The notes beneath the pieces were generated by a model. That model was not told where the DNA came from and ran no database searches. It worked only from the letters and a program-made list of their open reading frames with translations. The position numbers and the translations under genes are program-made. From positions 4,974,714 to 5,038,713 of the forward strand of contig OZ242353.1 of assembly GCA_965208755.1 (NCBI GenBank): 64,000 nt of DNA, written 5' to 3'. The DNA comes from Candidatus Multivorans sp. Its GTDB lineage: Bacteria; Acidobacteriota; Thermoanaerobaculia; Multivoradales; Multivoraceae. Shown piece by piece: positions 37,967 through 47,226 of this stretch. The first letter of the stretch is position 1. Every line of letters begins with the position of its first letter.

Positions 37967-40209
37967 GAGGCGAACGGGCGGTTGGGTTGGGCGGGGGCCG
38001 GCTTCTCCCTTGGGCGCTGGCGGTGGCGGCGATGGCGGCCGCCACCGGCAATTTGTGGGGGGGGGGGGAATGTGAGGACGACGGCTCGACTCCGCCGACG
38101 CCGACCGCCGTCGCCGTGGAGTCCGTGCCCATCACGGTCTCTTCGACGGCGGCGGAGTACTTCGTGCTCTACGTGACCCACGACCTGGGCGACGGCGATG
38201 TCCGCGAGGTTCCGGTGTCGGTGACCCGCGGGGGGGAGGGCGAGACGACGCTTGAGTGGAGCCTGTCCGGGCTTCCGGCGTCGAGATACCGGGTCGAGAA
38301 GTACCGGATCGACGATCCGGGAGACGTGGACGGCGACTGCCGCGACGACCTGACGGACCCGAATCCGGTCAATCCGGCCCGGGAGATTGAACTCGCGGAC
38401 GGCCTGAATCTGCTGTCGACGTCCGAGCAGTGGAACGAGATCTACTTCGACGCCGCTCGCGATCGTTGCGGGGGGTGCGAGTTCTTCGGGCCGGGAACGC
38501 GGTACCTCAAGGTGCACGTCGCCCGCTCGGCCTCGCGGCCGCCTGCGATCTACTTCATCAACGCGGGGACTCACGCGCTGCACATCAAGTTCCGGGGCGC
38601 CGTGGGGCTGGGAAGCGGCGTTTCGCTCGAGCTGGACAGGGAGACCGGGTTGGCCGGGACCGGCCCGGAGGTGGACACCTACTACTGGTGGTTCTCGCGT
38701 CCTCAGGAGGCGGTCGCGTCCGCCGGTCTGGTGCCCTGGCTGCACAGCGCGGTCGCCGCCAGCCTGCCGATCATGGCGGCCGATGCGTCGGAGTGGCGGC
38801 TCGCCTACTACATCCCGGACACCAGGTGGCAGGAGCCGACCGTCGAGGCGCTCCTGCCCCGGTTGGCCGGCTACGAGGGAGCGGGGGTTCCCGTTCTGCG
38901 GGACCGTTCGTTCGACGCCGACCTGCCGAACATCTCGGTTTCGAGCGATCGGGAGTCCGTGACGGAGGGGCGGGAGGCGACTTTCACGTTCACCGCGGAT
39001 CCGCCGCCTCGGGAGGCCCTTGAAGTCCTGTTCCAGGTCGTGGAATCCAGCGGCAGCGACTTCCTGCGCCCCGGTCGCAACCAGGTCTGCGACGACTTCC
39101 TGGGCGCCGAGCGCAACGCGGGCTACTGCTGGCTCAGGTTCGAGGCCGATGCCGCGTCCGCCGTCCTGACGATACCGACCGTGGACGACGACGTGGACGG
39201 ATCGGACGGTGTCGGGATCGTCTCCGTCGCGAAGTCGTCCGGCTACCTGCTCGGCATGCCTCGTTCGGCGCGGGTCTCGGTGGTCGACAACGATGACGCT
39301 CCTCTTCCTCCACCTCCTCCTCCGCCGCCGCCGGAATCCGATCCTCCTCCGCCGCCGCCACCGCCGGAATCCGATCCACCGCCTCCTCCTCCTCCTCCTC
39401 CTCCGCCTCCTCCGGAATCCGATCCGCCGCCGCCCGCCGGTCCGCCGCCCGGGCCGCCGGCGCCCAATCCGGCGCCGGAACCCGAGCCTGAGCCCGAGCC
39501 TGAACCTGAACCCGAGCCTGAACCCGAGCCCGAGCCGGCCGGTCCGCTGAAGGCGGACTTCACGGTGGAGGCGGACTGCTCCTCGGATCCGTGCCGGCTG
39601 CGGACGGGCGTTCGCGTGGTGTTCTCGGATTCGAGCGGCGGCCGCGTCGTCGGCCGGCGCTGGAGCTTCGGGGACGGGTCGACGTCCCGCGGGCTGTCGC
39701 CGGCGCACGAGTACCGTTCGCCCGGCTTCTACGAGGTGTCGTTGACGGTGAGCGACGGGACGGAGGAATCGGTGGCGACTCGCGTCTTCCTGGTGGAGGC
39801 CGGCGAGCCCGCCGGCGCCTGCGTGGGCGGCGCGTCCGTCCGCTGCCTGCGGGATTCCCGGTTCGCGGTCGAGGTGGAGTGGACGGGTCCGGGCGGGGCC
39901 GCCGGCGCCGCTCGGGTGGTCCACGCCGGCACGAACGATTCGGCTCTGTTCTCGTTCTTCGACCGGGCGAACTGGGAGGTTCTGGCGAAGGTTCTGGACG
40001 GTTGTGCGGTGAACGGGAGCTTCTGGGTGTTCGCGGCTTCGACGACGGACCTGGAGTTCACGATCCGGGTGACGGACACGGCGACCGGGGTTTCCCGCGC
40101 GTACTCGAACGAGGCGGGCGCCGCCGCCGCCGTCACCGACACGGAGGCCTTCCCGGGCGCCTGTGCCGTTCGGCGAAACCAGGCGCTCGGGCAGGGAGCA
40201 GGCCCCTGA
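37963..40209 (+). CDS. Array gene I. Medium form; last canonical member.
   Basis: Same architecture. The C-terminus ends …AFPGACAVRRNQALGQGAGP rather than GNGRGR, because no coupled gene follows. Confidence 0.75.
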   Translation: MRGERAVGLGGGRLLPWALAVAAMAAATGNLWGGGECEDDGSTPPTPTAVAVESVPITVSSTAAEYFVLYVTHDLGDGDVREVPVSVTRGGEGETTLEWSLSGLPASRYRVEKYRIDDPGDVDGDCRDDLTDPNPVNPAREIELADGLNLLSTSEQWNEIYFDAARDRCGGCEFFGPGTRYLKVHVARSASRPPAIYFINAGTHALHIKFRGAVGLGSGVSLELDRETGLAGTGPEVDTYYWWFSRPQEAVASAGLVPWLHSAVAASLPIMAADASEWRLAYYIPDTRWQEPTVEALLPRLAGYEGAGVPVLRDRSFDADLPNISVSSDRESVTEGREATFTFTADPPPREALEVLFQVVESSGSDFLRPGRNQVCDDFLGAERNAGYCWLRFEADAASAVLTIPTVDDDVDGSDGVGIVSVAKSSGYLLGMPRSARVSVVDNDDAPLPPPPPPPPPESDPPPPPPPPESDPPPPPPPPPPPPPESDPPPPAGPPPGPPAPNPAPEPEPEPEPEPEPEPEPEPEPAGPLKADFTVEADCSSDPCRLRTGVRVVFSDSSGGRVVGRRWSFGDGSTSRGLSPAHEYRSPGFYEVSLTVSDGTEESVATRVFLVEAGEPAGACVGGASVRCLRDSRFAVEVEWTGPGGAAGAARVVHAGTNDSALFSFFDRANWEVLAKVLDGCAVNGSFWVFAASTTDLEFTIRVTDTATGVSRAYSNEAGAAAAVTDTEAFPGACAVRRNQALGQGAGP

Positions 40210-40315
40210 CGGGAGCGCGATGGAGCGCGGGCAGTGTAAGATGCGGCCGGGAGAGAGCCCTCGGGCGGATGGCGCCGTGCAGATCGTTGATGACAGTTCT
40301 TTCGGCCGCCAGGAC

Positions 40316-41470
40316 ATGAGGGCCGGCGATCCCGGATGGAGAGGCGGGAGGGCCGCGGGTCTGCTGTGCGCTCTGGCGCTGGTTGTCGTTCCGGCCGATG
40401 GCCAGCGGTCCGCGATAGAGGTCTTCGGCGGCGGCGCGGTCACGGAAGGGATGCCCGCCGTGTTCACGGTGACCGCCAATCCCGCCCCGGTTTCGGACCT
40501 CGCCGTGACCGTCTTCGTCAATGACGATTTCACGAGCGACTTCGTTGCCGAGAGCGACGAGGGCATGAAGGTGCTCACGATTCGTGCCGGCGAATCGGCG
40601 GCGGTCTGGTCCGTGCCGACCGTCGACGACGCCGAGGAGGAAGCGGACGGCATCGTGGAACTGTTTCCCTGGCCGGGTGGAGGCGACTACGACCTGGGGC
40701 CGACGCACGAGGCCAGCATTGTCGTGAGGGACAACGATTCACCAGGGGGTGTGCCTCCTCCTCCTCCTCCTCCTCCTCCTCCTCCGCCCGAGCCGGAGCC
40801 CGAGCCGGAGCCCGAGCCCGAGCCGGTCGGTCCGCTGGAGGCGGACTTCGCGGTGGAGGGCGCCGACTGTTCCTCGGATCCGTGCCGGCTGCTGACGGGC
40901 GTTCGCGTGGCCTTTTCCGACTTGAGCAGCGGCGGCGTCATCGATTGGCTCTGGAGCTTCGGGGACGGGGAGACGTCCCGGAGGTCGTCGCCGGTTTACG
41001 AGTATCGTTCGCCGGGCTTCTACGAGGTGTCGTTGACGGTGAGCGACGGGACCGAGGAATCGGTGGCGACCCGCGTCTTTCTGGTGGATCCCGGCGAGCC
41101 CGAGGGCGTTTGCGCGGGCGACGCGGCCACCCGCTGTCTGCGGAACTCCCGGTTCGCGGTCGAGGTGGAGTGGAGGGGGCCGGACGGAACCGTCGGCGAC
41201 GGGCGGGTGGTCCACGCCGGCACGAACGATTCGGCGCTGTTCTCGTTCTTCGACCCGACGAACTGGGAGGTGCTGGTCAAGGTTCTGGACGGTTGCCGGG
41301 TGAACCGCGGCTTCTGGGTGTTCGCCGCGTCGACGACGGACCTGGAGTTCACGATCCGGGTGACCGATACGGTGACCGGGTTTTCTCGCGCGTACTCGAA
41401 CGAGGCGGGCGTCGCCGCCCCCGCCGTCACCGACACCGAAGCCTTCCTGAGAGCCTGTGCCAGCCGCTAG
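40316..41470 (+). CDS. Array gene J. Diverged member without the N-domain: signal peptide + Calx-beta-like domain + P/PE linker + PKD + C-domain.
   Basis: Start taken at MRAGDPGWRGGRAAGLLCALALVVVPA; the ORF is open upstream to 40163. C-domain is CLRNSRFAVEVEWRGPDG…AFLRACASR, about 80% identical to the canonical copies. Confidence 0.65.
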   Translation: MRAGDPGWRGGRAAGLLCALALVVVPADGQRSAIEVFGGGAVTEGMPAVFTVTANPAPVSDLAVTVFVNDDFTSDFVAESDEGMKVLTIRAGESAAVWSVPTVDDAEEEADGIVELFPWPGGGDYDLGPTHEASIVVRDNDSPGGVPPPPPPPPPPPPEPEPEPEPEPEPVGPLEADFAVEGADCSSDPCRLLTGVRVAFSDLSSGGVIDWLWSFGDGETSRRSSPVYEYRSPGFYEVSLTVSDGTEESVATRVFLVDPGEPEGVCAGDAATRCLRNSRFAVEVEWRGPDGTVGDGRVVHAGTNDSALFSFFDPTNWEVLVKVLDGCRVNRGFWVFAASTTDLEFTIRVTDTVTGFSRAYSNEAGVAAPAVTDTEAFLRACASR

Positions 41471-44144
41471 GACGCGTCGACCGAGCTTGAGCGCGGCCCG
41501 CGGCCGCGGCCTTCTGCTGCTTGCGGCGGGCCTTGCGGCCGCGCCGGCCGTCGGCGAGCCCGAGGCCTGTCCGACGCCGGGCGGCGCGCCGGCGCCCGAG
41601 GCGGTCCCGGTCACGGCGACGCCTATCCGGGTCGCTTCGGCGCCGACGGACTACTTCGTCCTCTACGCCGGCCACGAGGTCTCGGGCGAAGAGCGCGAGG
41701 TTCCGGTCGCGGTCGTCCGCGGGCAGGCCGGCACGACGACGCTTGGAGAGAACGTCGCCGCGCTGCCGGTCTCGCGCTATCGTGTGGAGAAGTACCGGGT
41801 TGGCGATCCGGCGGACGTGGATGGCGACTGCATCGACGATCTCGCCGACTCCAACCCGGTCAACGCCGCGCCCCCGATCGACCCGGTCGACGGCGCCGTG
41901 CTGCTCGAGGACGCCGCCAGCTTCGAGGCCCTGGCCTTCGATCACCCCCAGACCGGCAACTCGTACCTCAAGCTGCTGGTGTTCGACTGGGAAACCGATC
42001 GCCCCGGCGTCTACTTTCAGAACGCGAAGACCCATCCCGGCCACTTCACGTTCGCGGCGAAGATAGGGCGATCGCTGAACGAGATCATCGCCTTCGAACT
42101 GGACTACGACCCGAATCTCGTCGCCCCGGACGGAACCCGCGGCGTCTACTACTACTACTGGTCCCTTCTTCAGGACGCGCGGTTCGCCGATCTCGTTCCC
42201 TGGTTCCACACCGTGCTCGCGGCCAGCATGCCGTTGATCGACGACAACCTGGCCTTCTACGTTCCGAACTCGCTGCTTCCGCACGTGCAGCCCTGGCTGT
42301 CGGCCTGGAGCGCTTCCCGAGTGCGGCTTCTGTTCGAGGACGACCTGTCAGGCCCCGACGCCGACTTCGTCGCGCTGAATCCGGGCGTTGGGCTGGGCCT
42401 GCTGCGCGCGCTGGAACCGGACGAACGGCCCCATCCTCGCGATATCGGGCTCTACGAGACGCTGCCCAACGAGCTGCCGCGGCTGGCTGGCATCATCAGC
42501 GCGACGCCGCAGACGCCCTTGTCCCATGTCAATCTCAGGGCCATTCAGAGCGGCATTCCCAATGCCTACGTTCGCGGCGCGCTGGAGGACCCGGACATCG
42601 ACTCGCTGCTCGACAGCTACGTCCGCTACACGGTTACCGCGGACGGCTGGTCGCTGCGCGAGGCGACGGTCGAAGAGGTGCTCGACCACTACGCCGACTC
42701 CCGTCCGCCGGCGCCGCAAACGCCCGAAAGGGATCTGTCGGTTCGGGAGATCGCGCCACTCCGCCGCGTGTCCTTCGACGACTGGGATGCGTTCGGCGTC
42801 AAGGCCGCGAACGTCGCGGAACTGGGCCGGCTCGGCTTTCCGCCCGGGACGGTCCCCGAGGGGTTCGCCATTCCCTTCGCGTTCTACGACGAGTTCATGA
42901 AGGCGAACGGCCTGTACGACGAGGTCCGGGAGATGTTGGCGGAACCCGGATTCAGCGGCGACTTCGATCTCCAGGAGAAGCGCCTGAAGGACCTCCGTTC
43001 GAGAATCCGGAAAGCCGAGACGGCGGAGTGGATGATCGAGGCGCTGCGGGAGATGCACGCTTCCTGGCCGGACAGCGACCAGTCTCTGCGCTATCGGTCG
43101 AGTACGAACAACGAGGACCTTCCCGGCTTCAATGGCGCCGGGCTCTACGATTCCTACACGCAGCACCCGGAGGAGACGGTCGAAGACGGGATCGACAAAT
43201 CGCTCAAGCAGGTGTTCTCGAGTCTCTGGAACTTCCGCGCGTTCACGGAGCGCGAGTTCTTCCGCATCGATCATCTGGAGGCGGCGATGGGGGTGCTGGT
43301 CCACCCCAACTTCGAGGACGAACGGGCGAACGGGGTGGCCGTCAGTTTCGATCCATTCTTCGGGCGGCCCACTCACTACTACGTGAACACGCAGCTCGGA
43401 GAGGATCTCGTCACGAATCCGGAAGCGCGTTCGGTGCCCGAGGAACTTCTCCTGTCGAAGACGGGAACGGGCGACGATCTCTTCGTCGTCCTGGCCCTCT
43501 CCAACCTGGCGCCGCCCGGGGAGCTTCTGATGAGCGAGAGCCAGCTCGATCAGTTGCGCCGGCACCTCTCGACGATTCACGACCACTTCCAAAGTCTCTA
43601 CGGTCCTGCTCCAGGCGAGCGCTTCGCCATGGAGATCGAATTCAAGATCACGAAGGACGACGTTCTCTCGATCAAGCAGGCGCGTCCCTGGGTCTTCGGG
43701 ACCGGGGTTGACGGCGAGCCGCCGCCGCCGGACGGCGCCTGCGTGGCCGACGACGTGACGCTCTGTCTCCTGAACTCCCGTTTCGCGGTCACGGTGGAAT
43801 GGTCGAACCCGGAAGGCCGGCAGGGGCCGGGCTTTGCCGTTCATGAAGGAACCGGCGATTCCGGCCTGTTCCGGTTCTTCGACTCCGAGAACTGGGAAGT
43901 GCTGATCAAGGTGCTCGACGGCTGCGAGGCGAACGGACGAGCGTGGGTGTTCGCGGCATCGACGACGGATCTCGGCCTCGTGATTCGCGTCGAGGACACG
44001 GCGCCGGGTTCGACGGATCCTCCCCGGGAGTACGCGAGCCGGCCGGGAACCGCGGCGCCGGCGATCACGGACACCGCCGCTTTCCGGGATGTTTGCCGTG
44101 GGCGCGACGAGCTCGGACAGGTCGTCGCCGCCGCCGGACACTGA
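41457..44144 (+). CDS. Array gene K. Chimeric secreted protein: family N-domain (diverged) + PEP-utilizer mobile-domain-like segment + PPDK_N-like (PEP/pyruvate-binding, ATP-grasp) domain + family C-domain (diverged).
   Basis: N-domain motifs retained (YFVLYAGHEV, RYRVEKYRVGDPADVDGDCIDDLADSNPVN, YLKLLVFDW, LVPWFHTVLAASMPL). LPRLAGIISATPQTPLSHVNLRAIQSGIPNAYVRGA resembles the PEP-utilizers swivel domain. LRYRSSTNNEDLPGFNGAGLYDSY matches the PPDK_N VRSSATAEDLP motif. C-terminus is CLLNSRFAVTVEWSNPEG…WEVLIKVLDGC…AFRDVC. Confidence 0.7.
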   Translation: MPAARTRRPSLSAARGRGLLLLAAGLAAAPAVGEPEACPTPGGAPAPEAVPVTATPIRVASAPTDYFVLYAGHEVSGEEREVPVAVVRGQAGTTTLGENVAALPVSRYRVEKYRVGDPADVDGDCIDDLADSNPVNAAPPIDPVDGAVLLEDAASFEALAFDHPQTGNSYLKLLVFDWETDRPGVYFQNAKTHPGHFTFAAKIGRSLNEIIAFELDYDPNLVAPDGTRGVYYYYWSLLQDARFADLVPWFHTVLAASMPLIDDNLAFYVPNSLLPHVQPWLSAWSASRVRLLFEDDLSGPDADFVALNPGVGLGLLRALEPDERPHPRDIGLYETLPNELPRLAGIISATPQTPLSHVNLRAIQSGIPNAYVRGALEDPDIDSLLDSYVRYTVTADGWSLREATVEEVLDHYADSRPPAPQTPERDLSVREIAPLRRVSFDDWDAFGVKAANVAELGRLGFPPGTVPEGFAIPFAFYDEFMKANGLYDEVREMLAEPGFSGDFDLQEKRLKDLRSRIRKAETAEWMIEALREMHASWPDSDQSLRYRSSTNNEDLPGFNGAGLYDSYTQHPEETVEDGIDKSLKQVFSSLWNFRAFTEREFFRIDHLEAAMGVLVHPNFEDERANGVAVSFDPFFGRPTHYYVNTQLGEDLVTNPEARSVPEELLLSKTGTGDDLFVVLALSNLAPPGELLMSESQLDQLRRHLSTIHDHFQSLYGPAPGERFAMEIEFKITKDDVLSIKQARPWVFGTGVDGEPPPPDGACVADDVTLCLLNSRFAVTVEWSNPEGRQGPGFAVHEGTGDSGLFRFFDSENWEVLIKVLDGCEANGRAWVFAASTTDLGLVIRVEDTAPGSTDPPREYASRPGTAAPAITDTAAFRDVCRGRDELGQVVAAAGH

Positions 44145-44187
44145 TCGGCCCGGAACTTCCGCGCCGCGAGGTGGAACCTGGCGCCGG

Positions 44188-47100
44188 TCAGCCGCGGCCG
44201 CGGCCGACGGTCATCCGCACTTCGCGATCGTTCCGCTCGTCCCGCGGTTCCACCTTGATGGCCTGCACCTCGCGGGGAGTCAACGGCTCGCTCGTGGAGT
44301 AGCCGAGCATGTACTGGCTGCGCAGTTCCTCGCCGATGTGCCCGTAGGCCCGGAACACGGCCTCCATGCTCGCGACGTAGTAAACGCGACCGCCGCTCGC
44401 CTTCGTGATCGCTTCCAGGTCCAGCTTGCGGGGACCGCGCGCCCCGGGGACTTCGGGCTGGCTCATCGAGATGACGTAGATCGGCACGCCGGTGTTCCCG
44501 GCCGTCCGGAAGGTCCGGCGGTAGCCGCTCTGGCTTCCCTGGTCGTCGCCGTCGGTCAGCACGACCAGGGCGCGACGCCCCTGATCCCGGGCGAGGTGCA
44601 CCAGGCTGAACTGGATGGCGTCGTAGAGGGCTGTGAAACCGTCTGCCTGGATCTTCCCGAGGGTGCCGATCAGTTCGGCGACGTCGGCGGTGGTGTCGGA
44701 GAGCAGGCGCGGACGGGAGTCGAAGTCGACGACGAACGCCTGGTCGATCCGGGTCAGGGTGTTGCCGAGGAAGCGGGCCGCCGCCTGCCGGGTGTCCGGC
44801 ATCAGGGCCCACATGCTCTGGGAACTGTCGACCGCCAGGCCGAGCACCAGGGGCACGTCCTCGGCAACCGCGAAGCGCTCGATCGGGATCTCTCTTCGAC
44901 CCGCTCGCAGCACGAAGTCGTCAGGCTCGAGGGTCGTGATCGGCTTGCCCTCGGCGTCGTTGACGACGACGTAGACCTCGACCAGGTTGACCACCGTCTC
45001 GGCCATGGGCGTGTCGGCCGAGAGAAACTCCACGTCTTCGATGATCGTGCCGTCGTCCAGGTAGACCGCGACCCGGGCGAAGTCGGCGCCGGGCAGCGCG
45101 GGACCCGGCAGAACGGTGCGGAACGGAGGCCGCGTCAGGGTGGCCGCGAGACGGTCGTTGCGGTAGAACTCGACCCGGTCGAGAACGCGGCCGCCGGCCA
45201 ACTCGACCTGGGCTTCGACGGCGTAGCGGCCCCCGGGCCCCTCTTCCACTGCCGCGATGCCGACTCCGGCCCGTGTTCGGTGCTCGTTGATCGTCAGTTC
45301 GTCCTCGCTCAGCCATCGGTCCGACCGGTCGTAGGCGACGATCCGGATCGTGTGAGGCACCGCCTCCGGTCCCAGGTCGATCGTGGTCTGGAAGGGCTTG
45401 CGTCGATCGTCAAAGACCTGCTCGCCATCGAGGTAGAACTCCACCCGCCGCACCACGTCGCTCGTGGTCACCGTACTGAAGGACTTCCTGCCGCTGAGTC
45501 CCGACCGCTCGCCGCGAGGCGGGATCAGACGGACCAGACTGGAGCCGGGGCCGGGGTCCAGGAGGTTCGCGCGGCGGGGACCACGGGAGCCGCCGGTCCA
45601 GCCGGCCCGGCGTGCCGCGGCCCTGGCAGCCTGGAGGATCTCGGCCTCGGTCGGTGTGGCCGCAAGCGAACCGGCGCCGGTTTCCGGCACGAGCAGCTCG
45701 ACGTCGCCGCGGTCGTCGAGAGGGTTTGACGCTGTTTCGAGGAACTCGACCCGCCAGCGGTCGTTGCGAAGGTCCTCGACCATCAGGACGAGTTCGTCGA
45801 TGGCCACCGGCAGGTCGAAGAGGGTGCGGAACCGCCATGCGCCTCCCCTGAGCCGGGTTCCGTTTCCCGCGCGGTGAAGCAGGAAAGCCGGTGAATCGAG
45901 GCCGCGGCCGTAGACCGTGAGCCGGAGGGCGTCGCTCGACGGCGGGGGATCGGTGACGGTGGCGAGGCCGTCGAGCGTGACGAACTCGGCGGGCGCGCCC
46001 TCGGTGGCCGACTGGATGCCCTGGGGCAGGAGAACGCCGCGGATCGCGAGTTGGCCGTTGCCTGCGAGGCTGGACCGGTCGCCGTCCCGGCTCAAGGCGT
46101 CGAGGGCGCGGCTGGCGCGCAGGGCGGCGAGGTCAGCCGGCGCCGCGACCGTGGCCCAGCGGCGCGCGGCGACCTCGGGCGGAGGTTCGCCGGACCCGGC
46201 GGTGGAGGCGATGCGCACGTCGATTGGATAAGCGGCCCCGTCGCGAGTGCCGGACGAACGGTAGCGGATCCGCCAGGACGCCTGCAGCCGCTCGATCGCC
46301 GCGGCGAGCTCAGCGCCGTCGGCGAGCGCCTCGCCGCCGGCGGCGTGCGCGAACGCCTCGGCCGACTCAAGCCGTCCGGGCAGGAGACCGTCAACCTCCT
46401 GGGCTGCGGGCGCAAGCTGAAGGGAGTAGACGCGCCATCCGAGCGCCGCGACGGTGCGCGTCAGGCTGCGCTGCCGTCGCTGCTCGCTCAGGGCCGCGCG
46501 TTCGAAAGCCGGCGTGGGCTCGCCGAGGAGCTCCTGGGCGAACGCGTCCGCGTTCAGGTCGGTCGCGTCTCGCACGAGGAACAGGGCCCGCGGCGGCCCG
46601 TCGGCCCAGGTTGCGCCCTCGATCGACTCGAGCAGGTTGGCCCGCTGCCAGCGCAGTGTGTCGAGTTCCAGCAGGACTCCCTCGAGCAGGTCGGCGGTGC
46701 GTAGCGCGTCCGCGTCCGGGTCGCCCGAGCGTGCGTCGGCGGCTGCCCGCAGGTCCCGGCGTCTGTCCAGCAGGACGCCCGCCGCGCCGGCCCGCGTGGC
46801 GACGGCCGCGGCGGCGGTCCGTACCGCTCCGGCATTCGCGGTCGGGGCGAGTTCGACCTCTGCGATCCGGTCGGCAACGATCATCTCGACGTCGCCGAGA
46901 GCCACCAGAGCCTCGGCGGCGTCGCCTACCGCCCCTGCCGCCGCCTCGATGCCCTCGGGCGTCGAGCCCGGCAAGTCGAAGTAGATGACGATTCGCCACC
47001 GCTCCGCCACCGGTTCGACCGACAGAATCTTCCTGCTCGCGCCGTTCTCCAGGAGCTCGACGCTGCCGGCGTCGAGCTGCCGGAGCGGGCCCGGGGCGGG

Positions 47101-47220
47101 GATTTGGAGGATGATCTCGGACTCGCGGTCCCACGTCTGCGCCGCCGCGGCGGGGCAGAGGACAGCGAGTAGCGCGACAACGGTGCCCTGCAGACCGTGC
47201 CGCGAGCAGGTGGAGGTCAT
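44188..47220 (-). CDS. Large secreted von Willebrand factor A (VWA) domain protein
   Basis: 1010 aa. Signal peptide. C-terminal VWA/MIDAS-like region (LVLGLAVDSSQSM…ALVVLTDGDDQGS…). Confidence 0.65.
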   Translation of the reverse strand: MTSTCSRHGLQGTVVALLAVLCPAAAAQTWDRESEIILQIPAPGPLRQLDAGSVELLENGASRKILSVEPVAERWRIVIYFDLPGSTPEGIEAAAGAVGDAAEALVALGDVEMIVADRIAEVELAPTANAGAVRTAAAAVATRAGAAGVLLDRRRDLRAAADARSGDPDADALRTADLLEGVLLELDTLRWQRANLLESIEGATWADGPPRALFLVRDATDLNADAFAQELLGEPTPAFERAALSEQRRQRSLTRTVAALGWRVYSLQLAPAAQEVDGLLPGRLESAEAFAHAAGGEALADGAELAAAIERLQASWRIRYRSSGTRDGAAYPIDVRIASTAGSGEPPPEVAARRWATVAAPADLAALRASRALDALSRDGDRSSLAGNGQLAIRGVLLPQGIQSATEGAPAEFVTLDGLATVTDPPPSSDALRLTVYGRGLDSPAFLLHRAGNGTRLRGGAWRFRTLFDLPVAIDELVLMVEDLRNDRWRVEFLETASNPLDDRGDVELLVPETGAGSLAATPTEAEILQAARAAARRAGWTGGSRGPRRANLLDPGPGSSLVRLIPPRGERSGLSGRKSFSTVTTSDVVRRVEFYLDGEQVFDDRRKPFQTTIDLGPEAVPHTIRIVAYDRSDRWLSEDELTINEHRTRAGVGIAAVEEGPGGRYAVEAQVELAGGRVLDRVEFYRNDRLAATLTRPPFRTVLPGPALPGADFARVAVYLDDGTIIEDVEFLSADTPMAETVVNLVEVYVVVNDAEGKPITTLEPDDFVLRAGRREIPIERFAVAEDVPLVLGLAVDSSQSMWALMPDTRQAAARFLGNTLTRIDQAFVVDFDSRPRLLSDTTADVAELIGTLGKIQADGFTALYDAIQFSLVHLARDQGRRALVVLTDGDDQGSQSGYRRTFRTAGNTGVPIYVISMSQPEVPGARGPRKLDLEAITKASGGRVYYVASMEAVFRAYGHIGEELRSQYMLGYSTSEPLTPREVQAIKVEPRDERNDREVRMTVGRGRG

Positions 47221-47226
47221 CCCCGC

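Noticed and set aside
20744-40653. Very long minus-strand ORFs (for example 20744-23098, 22903-25851, 25656-28301, 28106-30808, 34775-37702, 37507-40653) running antisense to the array genes
   Set aside because: They are antisense to strongly supported plus-strand genes. Their translations are Arg/Gly/Pro-rich low-complexity strings with no motifs. They are typical open-frame artefacts of ~70% GC DNA with GC3-biased coding on the other strand.
44089-45729. 546-aa plus-strand ORF overlapping the end of gene K and the first VWA gene
   Set aside because: It is antisense to the VWA gene, which has a coherent signal peptide and domain. Its composition is typical of a GC-rich spurious frame.
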